Below are positions 38,795 through 46,757 of a DNA stretch of 48,366 nucleotides, piece after piece; within the stretch, counting starts at the first letter, position 1, and each line of letters opens with the position of its first letter. Below the pieces are notes generated by a model. The model was not told where the DNA came from. It searched no databases and saw only the letters and a list, made by a program, of their open reading frames with translations. This DNA comes from Klebsiella phage KpnP_VR7901. A program made the position numbers and the translations under genes. The stretch lies in sequence record OM103162.1, one strand, 5' to 3'.

Positions 38795-39529
38795 CTATTT
38801 AAGTTTATAAAGTTTTTCCCAGCCTGCTAATGTTACGCTGTCTGGGGTTGTTATTTCATACGGCAGTGGGTTAAGGGGTACGCTGTCTTTATTGAACAGC
38901 GGGGATAGGTTTGCAATAAGCTGCATCTCAACGATGTGCATCATGCAATCAGGCAACTGTGTTACCCTTACATCTGTAACTTTGTATCTGATATCTTCGG
39001 TGTAGAACTTAGTGGGGTCGCTCAGATGCACTCTAAGACGGCTTCTCAAATCTAAGGACTTCCCTACATACAGGGGAACATCTCCGCTCCACACCTCATA
39101 CACGCCGCCTAAGATGCACATATCCTCCTTCATCTCTCTCTTTAGGGATGCTGCGGGGATTCTCCAGAGGATTCCTTCTTTGTCAGTGAATACCACCTTA
39201 GCTTGGGCAGGGTAGGGATATCCCTCCGTGGCTGAAGATATGTATTCTATGTCCTCAATGCACCATCCTTGCTTCCTCATCCAAGCTGTAAGCTCTGAGG
39301 TGTACGCAGCCTCATTGAATACCTTAACACGATGTTCCGCGTCATAGCTGGTATTTAGCGTCCCTTTCTCCTCCTTTACAGCCTTAACGGAGGCTGCATA
39401 GTATGACGCGTTAGTTCCAAGGTCTGACGCATGAGACCCATAGTCATAAGGAGCCTGTGCGGAGAGCCTCCCCTCTCCAAATCTTGCGATTTTATCAAAG
39501 AATTTTTTACTCATGTTGTACAAACTCAC
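38795..39529 (-). CDS. GIY-YIG nuclease-domain protein
   Basis: GGVYEVWSGDVPLYVGKSLDLRSRLRVH around residues 140-170 (GIY...YIG...R...H pattern). The domain is unusually central/C-terminal. Confidence 0.5.
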   Translation of the reverse strand: MSLYNMSKKFFDKIARFGEGRLSAQAPYDYGSHASDLGTNASYYAASVKAVKEEKGTLNTSYDAEHRVKVFNEAAYTSELTAWMRKQGWCIEDIEYISSATEGYPYPAQAKVVFTDKEGILWRIPAASLKREMKEDMCILGGVYEVWSGDVPLYVGKSLDLRSRLRVHLSDPTKFYTEDIRYKVTDVRVTQLPDCMMHIVEMQLIANLSPLFNKDSVPLNPLPYEITTPDSVTLAGWEKLYKLK

Positions 39530-39547
39530 GTTTAAAGGTGGATATAC

Positions 39548-39635
39548 TGTATGGGGGATTATAGGGGGGCATCCTTTTAGTCTTTTATTATTTATTTATT
39601 ATCTATTATAATTAATATAATATATAATAGAATGT
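39548..39635. repeat. G-box (GTATGGGGGATTATAGGGGGGCAT) plus AT-rich tract; copy B of the direct repeat
   Basis: Seen directly. Intergenic between the minus-strand genes 38795..39529 and 39672..39869. On the minus strand it reads CCCCCCTATAATCCCCC. Confidence 0.6.
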
Positions 39636-39671
39636 ATGAACGAATGAAATGAGTGAATGGCTAATAGAGTA

Positions 39672-39869
39672 TTAATCTACTCTTTCATAACCTTTATCCT
39701 TATGCCATAACATTAGATACTTTAGGAATGCTTGAGCTGTTAGCTCCGAGTCACTTGCGTTCTCAGAGAGCAACTCCCAGCCTTCACCATCACGCATAAG
39801 AAGGATGATAGCATTCCCTTCCTTGACCAGCTTGCGTACATCACCAGTCTTTTTGTTAGTGAATACCAT
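39672..39869 (-). CDS. small hypothetical protein
   Basis: 65 aa, preceded by the CTGGAGAATAAATAATG cassette. Confidence 0.45.
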   Translation of the reverse strand: MVFTNKKTGDVRKLVKEGNAIILLMRDGEGWELLSENASDSELTAQAFLKYLMLWHKDKGYERVD

Positions 39870-39874
39870 TATTT

Positions 39875-40048
39875 ATTCTCCAGCGTAATGGGTGGATGTT
39901 CTACAACCTCAAAGGTATCTGTACCTTCTTCAAGGTTACGCACCGTAAATACCGATGGATACCAAACGACTTTGTCACTGGAGAGGTACACCCTATCCCG
40001 GCTTACTTTGTAATACTTATGGTTGAGTTTGTTTCTGTAGAGAGTCAT
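39875..40048 (-). CDS. small protein (57 aa), C-terminal -ITLENK
   Basis: Hand-translated MTLYRNKLNHKYYKVSRDRVYLSSDKVVWYPSVFTVRNLEEGTDTFEVVEHPPITLENK. Falls below the 60-aa track cutoff. Confidence 0.5.
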
Positions 40049-40404
40049 TTCTTCTTCTCCAATTGATAGAGGGCCTTACGCATTAATTTAATTTTCATTG
40101 CGTCAGGGATGACATCATGCTTAACAAAGCAATCAAGCTGTGCTTTATGGTTGTTAGCAGCGTTGCTCACCATCACTACGTTCCCTTTTACGTAACCAAG
40201 ATTTGGATTGACGCGTTCAAATGTAGCGTCTTTCAGGTTAATAAAAGGGGTGTCAGTGTATGCGCAATTGCCGTTTCCAAGCATATCAAGCACATCTTGT
40301 GCTGAGAATTGCATGATGTCACATTTCTTATCCTTAGTGGTATTCTTCTTAGCTTGAAACTTCTGGACTAAGAAGTGGAATGGGACATCCGTAAGCAGGT
40401 TCAT
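40045..40404 (-). CDS. hypothetical protein (possible degenerate HNH-like)
   Basis: ERVNPNLGYVKGNVVMVSNAANNHK loosely resembles an HNH core. Weak. Confidence 0.35.
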   Translation of the reverse strand: MNLLTDVPFHFLVQKFQAKKNTTKDKKCDIMQFSAQDVLDMLGNGNCAYTDTPFINLKDATFERVNPNLGYVKGNVVMVSNAANNHKAQLDCFVKHDVIPDAMKIKLMRKALYQLEKKK

Positions 40405-40634
40405 AGCTTAAGCCTCGCTCTTTCCTGTTCCACTTGTTTGCTCACTGCCTTATGACTTCCATAATGTACGTCGCTCTGTCCTGTACTAGATCTAGACAAT
40501 TGAGTGGGAGGAGTGGATTGTTTAAACTTCTTACCACCTTGCTTGTACGTAGTACGCTTAGTGGACGGTTCATTCTTCAATGGCTTGCCCTCAGTGAGGG
40601 GCCATTGGTAGAGGGGTTTAATACGTGGCATCAA
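40401..40634 (-). CDS. small basic hypothetical protein
   Basis: 77-aa ORF in the early block. Confidence 0.4.
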   Translation of the reverse strand: MMPRIKPLYQWPLTEGKPLKNEPSTKRTTYKQGGKKFKQSTPPTQLSRSSTGQSDVHYGSHKAVSKQVEQERARLKL

Positions 40635-40827
40635 TCACCTCCAAATCATCTGGATGGAACATCACCACTTCAGCGCCGTAGACGCAACGACAGCCGTCCT
40701 CTTTGACAATGGCTGTAGGGTATTCAGTGCCTGCTTTAACGTCGCCTAGACGCCATACAGTGCGTCCTATCCACTCTTTGTTATAAGGTTTACGTACACC
40801 AATAACTTTGCATAACATATCAATCAC
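40618..40827 (-). CDS. small hypothetical protein
   Basis: 69-aa ORF in the early block. Confidence 0.4.
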   Translation of the reverse strand: MIDMLCKVIGVRKPYNKEWIGRTVWRLGDVKAGTEYPTAIVKEDGCRCVYGAEVVMFHPDDLEVIDATY

Positions 40828-40959
40828 CTTTCAGCTTGAGGACTATCTCTGCCCTCACTGGAATGTAATAATGGCGGTCAGTACGATTGATGTACGCTTG
40901 AGCCTCTTCTTTAGTGGAGAAGGTTTGCGTATAATCGTATTGGTCATATGTCTTTAGCT

Positions 40960-41112
40960 TTAAAATCCAAACAACCATTTAACACCTCCCCAAAAGAAAG
41001 TGAGAATGCCTTTGATGATTGCGCTGCCTAACAGGAAGTTAAACAGCACAAAGCCGATGGTGCAGGTGGTAAAGAAAGCAATAATGATGATGTTAAAGAT
41101 GAATTGCAACAT
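40960..41112 (-). CDS. small membrane protein (50 aa)
   Basis: The start was moved to ATG 41112, which has a strong RBS (AGGAGGACGGAACATG); the track ORF starts at 41145. Two TM helices. Confidence 0.5.
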   Translation of the reverse strand: MLQFIFNIIIIAFFTTCTIGFVLFNFLLGSAIIKGILTFFWGGVKWLFGF

Positions 41113-41573
41113 GTTCCGTCCTCCTATGTAATTAATAAAGGGCATTGATACCCCTACCGAATACCCTTAGTTAATTATATAGCGTCTCTTATATCAACGG
41201 GCTTTTCTCTCCGATACGTGGCACTCTGTTACGCAGCGGATGGTGACATTGATGATAGCATTTCTCATTGCTACAATGTCCCTAGCGCTGTTGCTTTAGC
41301 ATTGTTTAAAAGGAATTGTTTGTTGGGACGTCTCCCACATAGCCCACTTAGGCAATGAGCTATAGGGAAGAAAGTCAAAAGGCTGTAGCCGCAGGTGTAT
41401 ATGGGAAATAGATGTGAGCGCTATGCTCTGACATACCGCCCTGCAGATTCTCACGCTTTGCTTGAGCCTTATCGAATACGTGATACATACTCTTAGGCAA
41501 TGACTTCTCATTGCGTGACGGGGTGAGATTGGAATTGTAATTAGTGATGTTCATCTTCATCATCCTTTGGGAA

Positions 41574-41657
41574 TTAGTTGATAATATAAGCGTTCAATGC
41601 AATATCTGCAACAATAGCAAACAGCATTACAACGCCTAAGATGTAGAGGATTAGCAT
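41574..41657 (-). CDS. tiny hydrophobic peptide (27 aa)
   Basis: MLILYILGVVMLFAIVADIALNAYIIN. RBS GAGGATTTAGTATTATG. Confidence 0.3.
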   Translation of the reverse strand: MLILYILGVVMLFAIVADIALNAYIIN

Positions 41658-41830
41658 AATACTAAATCCTCGATACGTTCCCACGTGTAACGTGGAGGGA
41701 TACGCTCACTAGCAGATACATATCCCCACCCAACCATGCACATAGTCATTCCATCTACATCTCTTGGGGAAAGCAGGACAGTTCCCTTGTCCTTGCCATT
41801 GGTTAAACGTACACTATCTCCGCGTTTCAT
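41651..41830 (-). CDS. small protein (59 aa, GDxV/KOW-like)
   Basis: Hand-translated MKRGDSVRLTNGKDKGTVLLSPRD.... RBS AAGAGGTGAAACTATG. Confidence 0.45.
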   Translation of the reverse strand: MKRGDSVRLTNGKDKGTVLLSPRDVDGMTMCMVGWGYVSASERIPPRYTWERIEDLVLC

Positions 41831-41911
41831 AGTTTCACCTCTTACATGTGCATGAATACCATACCTTGCGACATTTCTTACATAATATTACATCGCCATA
41901 TGAAAGGATTT

Positions 41912-42472
41912 TCATGCTGCCTTGTCCTGTGCCTGTGCTGCCAGTTCCCCAGTGAGGGCAAGCAAATCATCTACACTAATGCCTCCAGCCATTACAGCCT
42001 TGAGGGCGTCAATAGCTGATACATGCCCGTCTTTCAATGCCTTTTCCGTAGCTTTAGTCAGCTTAGACACGTAGTCCACCGGCTTCGGTTCCATCTGTAC
42101 GTTGTCTTTCTGCCACGTCCAAAGGTCAGCTTCTGGATTAGACAGGAATGCACTTACCTTGTCTGCATATTTGTCGAACTGTTTACCTTTCATCTTGCCG
42201 AAGATAATTTGAGTGTCAACATCCCCTTCTACGCTGAAAGGAGTAAATTCTTTAAAGAAGCGGTTGGCAATACGACGGTTAGCCGGAGACAATACAGCCT
42301 TGCCTGTCTCATCCACACCTAACAGCATGTTAACAGGGCGAACGTCTTTAGTTTCAATTACAAAAGCAATTGCTTCGCGGCTAAACTTGGACAGTTCTGC
42401 CTTGCTGATACGCTCTGATTCACGGATGGTATTGATGGAAGCAATGAGTGTTTCGATAGTAGTTTTAGCCAT
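41912..42472 (-). CDS. first early protein (unknown function)
   Basis: The track ORF starts at GTG 42481. ATG 42472 (MAKTTIETL...) with RBS AGGTGATTATCATG is preferred. It is the promoter-proximal gene of the minus-strand block. Confidence 0.55.
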   Translation of the reverse strand: MAKTTIETLIASINTIRESERISKAELSKFSREAIAFVIETKDVRPVNMLLGVDETGKAVLSPANRRIANRFFKEFTPFSVEGDVDTQIIFGKMKGKQFDKYADKVSAFLSNPEADLWTWQKDNVQMEPKPVDYVSKLTKATEKALKDGHVSAIDALKAVMAGGISVDDLLALTGELAAQAQDKAA

Positions 42473-42512
42473 GATAATCACCTATGTTTGTTGAGGCCGC
42501 GCTATTGGCGGC

Positions 42513-42524
42513 GATGATAGCATT
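42513..42524. promoter_or_regulatory. GATGATAGCATT box (1 of 6 copies; minus-strand reading AATGCTATCATC is an extended -10-like TGcTATCAT)
   Basis: Other copies at 33918..33929, 37892..37903, 41251..41262 and 42921..42932, plus the variant TTCGATAGCATT at 42545..42556. All lie in intergenic positions upstream of minus-strand genes. Confidence 0.45.
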
Positions 42525-42996
42525 CGCAAGACTGAGCTTGCTCATTCGATAGCATTATTTATCTACGCTTGAGAACGTATATTATAGCTCGCTATCTGGT
42601 TAGTTAGGCAGTGTACTAATTCCCCACTGTGCCAGCTAACGAGCTATTGTTATTCGCTCTTATGCTAGACGGCTTTATCTGGTTACTCTTTACATGGAGG
42701 CGCTAGTAACCCCCTTGTATACCTTCCCCATTTAGCCAGTGACTTTCGCTCACCACACGGGCAACGTTTGCTAGACGTTATGTGCCATCAAATTGTCTAC
42801 GCTTACATAAATACTTCTATGTTTTCTGCGTAAAGAGCATACCGCTCACACTTGCAATTATTCATGCACGTATGTGCATGCGTCTAAGGGTTACTGATGG
42901 TGCCTGCATTCTCCGCGCTGGATGATAGCATTTCTTCCGCATCATGCTAACTAGCATATTGAATTGGTCAATGCCGCCGCATCTTGTCCCGCTTGA

Positions 42997-43024
42997 ATAC
43001 TAACAGGTATTAGTTCCTTGTCAG
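42997..43024 (-). promoter_or_regulatory. sigma70-like promoter P2 (cTGACAAG-N16-TAGTAT), leftward
   Basis: On the minus strand: -35 at 43024..43019, -10 at 43002..42997. Confidence 0.4.
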
Positions 43025-43087
43025 TGTGAGCCATATTTTTAAAGAGCGTGTGATTGTCACCAATCACGTTGTTACTGCTTGCAATCT

Positions 43088-43116
43088 ATACTACCTTACT
43101 TCCTACTACTTGTCAA
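43088..43116 (-). promoter_or_regulatory. sigma70-like promoter P1 (cTTGACAAG-N17-TAGTAT), leftward
   Basis: On the minus strand: perfect TTGACA at 43116..43111, 17-nt spacer, TAGTAT at 43093..43088. Confidence 0.45.
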
Positions 43117-43248
43117 GCTAGAATGTTTCCTATTCGGTACACCATTCTATTTAGCAATCAACCCGTGAGTTTTAACGTCTTTATCTTTGACTGATTGGTG
43201 ATTGCCTTGCTTGCTGTTTGTGTTCACAAGTTGCCTTGCTTGCTTACT

Positions 43249-43276
43249 AATATACACTAACCATTCCCCTTGTCAA
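43249..43276 (-). promoter_or_regulatory. sigma70-like promoter P3 (gTTGACAAG-N16-TATATT), leftward
   Basis: On the minus strand: TTGACA at 43276..43271, TATATT at 43254..43249, preceded by TG. Confidence 0.4.
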
Positions 43277-43959
43277 CATTCTTTTTCATTCTTTCTATAA
43301 ACGTAGTGACGACAACATAAGCAACATACATATCATGCTCAGTGCCAAAGGCAAAGCTATCCCCAGCATAAGCTTGGATAGTGTCATCATCACTAGCGTC
43401 AACCTCTATTAACCATCTGGCCATAATCACCTCACGTGCACGTTAGTGCGGCAGCAGTAGCTCAGAGTCACTACCTTTCCTCCTCGCAGTAGTTTCGTGT
43501 CGGCACTGCCTCCACTCAAGCAATAGCCCGTGTGCCAATGCACACAACATATACCATATAGACGCATGGCTGATGCCATGCACGTATGTATATACAGGGG
43601 CATAAGAGAATGTGCAAGCTTGCTTGCGTCTATATGGCGTAAGTGTATGACGCATAAAGAGAAATAGGGAAGGAAGGGTGAATGAATGCAGGACGAGAGG
43701 CCTGGCTATCCATACACCACTGTAAATTTGAACAGGGGTAGGCTGGAAGTCGACAAGGGGGTGTACGGGGGGACGAGGTTAGGTGCATTACCCCTCCAAA
43801 TTTTCTCACAAAAATTCTCCACTATCCAAAATTTCAATGACGCCCCGTTCCAATGGGCATACAATGTGGCCTGTTCTTTTCCTGGCCTATAGACGCATCT
43901 TCGATGCACGTGCAGCTTAGCTGCGTTTACGCGTAAGTGAATAAAGGAGTAAAAGAAAA

Positions 43960-46266
43960 ATGGCAATAGTATTAAATAATATTACTAGTGGGTACAACCT
44001 AGCTAAGATAAATGCCAATTTCCAGAATATTGAAGATTATATTAATGACAAGCTATTAGCTAGAGCAGACACTGGTGTAGCTGGTGAGGCTTTGATGGAA
44101 AGGGATTTAGATATGGATGGACATGCCATTCTAAATGTCTCTACAGGTAGTAGCTCTGGTAGCTTAGTCACCAAAGGTTATGTAGATGCGGCTGATGCGG
44201 CATTACAATTACAGATTAATAACAGCTTACGGTTCACAGATTCCATTCCAGCCGCTACGTATGGGGCTGCTGGCAGAGCAAGCAGTTTACAAGGGTATGA
44301 CAGCCTAGGAAAGCCAATTCCGGTATTCTCTTATACAGCCACAGCGGATTTAGCTATTAAATTAGCTAGCTTAGATGGGATGAAATTAATAGGCAGTGCT
44401 GCCTCATTAACAGAATTGCGTTCCATTACTGGGGTGTCTAATGGGGCAGTAGTGAGGCTGTCTGGAGATAGAGAAGGGTTCTGGAGAGTAGATACAACAG
44501 ACACCACTTCTGCAGATAATAGTGGCACGGTGGTTGTTACTACAGGGGGGGTGAGACTTAAGCGCATCTTTTCAGGGCATGCTAAAGCCTCTTGGTTTGA
44601 ATCAATCGCTTTAATAAATTCATATCTTTCTGCGGATAATGCTAAACTCTCTATAGATATCCCCCTCACTCAGACATCTAGCCTGATTCTTAAATCTGGC
44701 GCGGATATCACATTTGAAGGTGCAGGCTGCCTACAAAATCCCACCAGTGCTATACAGGCAATCACAGCAACAGGGACAGCTCCTTCATCTTGGGTTTCTC
44801 TTTCTGCGGACGCTAGCGCCAAAGATTACACTGTTACACTAACTTCTGTAACAGGTATTAGTGTAGGGGATTGGGTGGAAATTAGAAGCGAGGCTTTATA
44901 CCCTGCTCCTAACAAACAAGCTGTTAAATACGGAGTTGTGCGCAAAGTTACCCAGATATCTGGAAATACTTTATATCTAGATAAAACTTTAGACCATAGC
45001 TTCCTAGTGGCAGATACAGCTGTAGCTGGTAAAGTTGGGATGCTTGAAAATATTAAAGTGTCCAATGCTGTAATAAACAAGGATGGGTACACTTCTCAAT
45101 ATGCAATTTCTATGTCCTTTAAGTATGTTGAAAATCTTAAAATAGACAATTGCCACGTAATAGGGAGTAAAGCTAAATATGCTGCAGATGTATCTGGGCG
45201 TTCTGCTATAAAAGTAAATACCTGCAGGAATGTTACCGTAACTAAGTGTAGAACAGAACATCAAGGCTGGTACGGCGTAGAAGTTTCAGGGGCATCTGAG
45301 GATGTTTGGGTTAATGAGCTGTACGCGCAAGATGTACGTCATGCCGTCTCTATTAACTGGTCTGAACCTTATGGTCAGCCTAATGGGTGTACTATAGAAA
45401 ATAGTACAGCAGCGGACACTACACTCTCTGGATTTGATACGCATGACCGTGGAGTTAATTTAACATTCATTAACTGTCGGTCTTATAAGGCAGGGGATGA
45501 TGGCTTCCAAGCACGTGCTACAGGTACTAAGTGGGTAAACTGCTATGCATTTGGTGCGGTTAATGACGGATTCTCAGGCCTAGATGATGCCTTCAATTTA
45601 CGCGGAGAATCGTGTATCGCGGAATCGTGCGGTCGTAACGGATTTAACTTGGGGTATGAAGGTGGATATCTTCAAAACTGTCAAGCTTCTGGAAACCAAT
45701 ATGGAGTAGTAATACTGGGGGGACGTCTCCTGAATTGCCGCTTTGTTGATAATAAAGTTGCTGCTATTGACTGCGGAGGTAACTTTAGTTCAGCTCAGTT
45801 TAATCTCTTTATTGATAACTGTACACTGCCTGCATCAGCCACTCAAGTTCGCGGTGTATATTTCCGTGGGTCAAGCGGTGTTCGTCCTGAGTTAGTAACA
45901 ATAACCAATAGTAATATGATTGGATATGGCGCTAACTGGTATTTATTAGGAGGATATGCCTCACAGCCACTGCCTCCTATCTTAATTAATAACACCCTTG
46001 ATACTAATGCTGTAGCTGCTCCTACTTCTGGTATTGCCCAGTTAACTGCTGGTGCAGTTACTATATCTACTAGTGCTGTAAGAATTGCAACCGCAACCTC
46101 TGCTAGATCCCTTCGGTGGGCAAGCAATATTAGATTTAGAAAGATAACTACACCATCTACAACGGGAAGCCTGTTTGTTTCCTCCATAACAAATGGAACA
46201 TCTTTTGATGTAAAATCTTCAAATGCTTCAGATTCCAGCATCTTCTATTGGGAGATTACATTGTGA
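43960..46266 (+). CDS. tailspike protein with right-handed parallel beta-helix (putative polysaccharide depolymerase)
   Basis: 768 aa. N-terminal virion-attachment-like segment, then repeated beta-helix rungs (NCHVIGS.., NTCRNVTVTKC.., NCRSYKAG.., NCYAFGAVNDG.., NCQASGN..) typical of pectate-lyase-fold tailspikes. RBS AAAGGAG. Confidence 0.65.
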   Translation: MAIVLNNITSGYNLAKINANFQNIEDYINDKLLARADTGVAGEALMERDLDMDGHAILNVSTGSSSGSLVTKGYVDAADAALQLQINNSLRFTDSIPAATYGAAGRASSLQGYDSLGKPIPVFSYTATADLAIKLASLDGMKLIGSAASLTELRSITGVSNGAVVRLSGDREGFWRVDTTDTTSADNSGTVVVTTGGVRLKRIFSGHAKASWFESIALINSYLSADNAKLSIDIPLTQTSSLILKSGADITFEGAGCLQNPTSAIQAITATGTAPSSWVSLSADASAKDYTVTLTSVTGISVGDWVEIRSEALYPAPNKQAVKYGVVRKVTQISGNTLYLDKTLDHSFLVADTAVAGKVGMLENIKVSNAVINKDGYTSQYAISMSFKYVENLKIDNCHVIGSKAKYAADVSGRSAIKVNTCRNVTVTKCRTEHQGWYGVEVSGASEDVWVNELYAQDVRHAVSINWSEPYGQPNGCTIENSTAADTTLSGFDTHDRGVNLTFINCRSYKAGDDGFQARATGTKWVNCYAFGAVNDGFSGLDDAFNLRGESCIAESCGRNGFNLGYEGGYLQNCQASGNQYGVVILGGRLLNCRFVDNKVAAIDCGGNFSSAQFNLFIDNCTLPASATQVRGVYFRGSSGVRPELVTITNSNMIGYGANWYLLGGYASQPLPPILINNTLDTNAVAAPTSGIAQLTAGAVTISTSAVRIATATSARSLRWASNIRFRKITTPSTTGSLFVSSITNGTSFDVKSSNASDSSIFYWEITL

Positions 46267-46757
46267 TTGATAAATCTCAACTAAAAACAGCCAACGGTAT
46301 TCCCCTTACCCAAGGTTTGTTTTTAGAAATAGGGTATAAGGAATATGCGGTATTTACCACTAAAGATGAAGACTATGAATATAATGGGAAGGTGTACCCT
46401 TCCCTAAAACGTCTTTATCTAGAAATGGAAGATGTCGGTGAATATGAATTTGCTACTACTTATCTTTTAGGTTGGAATCATTGGCAACGCCTGTGCAGCA
46501 ACAAGGAGGTTGCTAAACACGTGGATGAGTGGCGTTATGAGCTGGAGCTAAAGCTCCGCTCTAAAGCTATTAAAAGCATCCTAAAGAAAACTAATGTAGA
46601 GCAGGGTATCAACGCGGCTAAATGGATTGCTGAGAAGGGCTGGGATAAGCGTAAAGCAGGGCGTCCTACCAAGGAAGATATCCAGAAAGAAACGCGCATT
46701 CAAGCTGACTTGGACAGACAGTTCCAAGAAGACCTTAAACGGTTGGAGGGTATTTAA
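46263..46757 (+). CDS. terminase small subunit
   Basis: Position immediately upstream of TerL and a GRPTKEDI HTH-like motif. The start is placed at GTG 46263 (RBS GGGAGA 8 nt upstream); the track uses TTG 46248. Confidence 0.5.
   Translation: MIDKSQLKTANGIPLTQGLFLEIGYKEYAVFTTKDEDYEYNGKVYPSLKRLYLEMEDVGEYEFATTYLLGWNHWQRLCSNKEVAKHVDEWRYELELKLRSKAIKSILKKTNVEQGINAAKWIAEKGWDKRKAGRPTKEDIQKETRIQADLDRQFQEDLKRLEGI

Larger units (their letters stand above)
42473..43959. other. ~1.5-kb divergent non-coding leader region (probable genome-terminus / early promoter region)
   Basis: No ORF of 60 aa or more with an RBS. Contains repeats (TTGCCTTGCTTGCT x2, CATGCACGTATGT x2, TCTACGCTT x2, GCGTCTA / TAGACGC) and promoter-like elements. 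Confidence 0.5.

Noticed and set aside
43447-43520. tRNA-like D-arm signature (GTAGCTCAGAGTCACTAC) in the leader
   Set aside because: No complementary acceptor stem, anticodon arm or T-loop (GTTCRANYC) could be folded, so it is not a tRNA.
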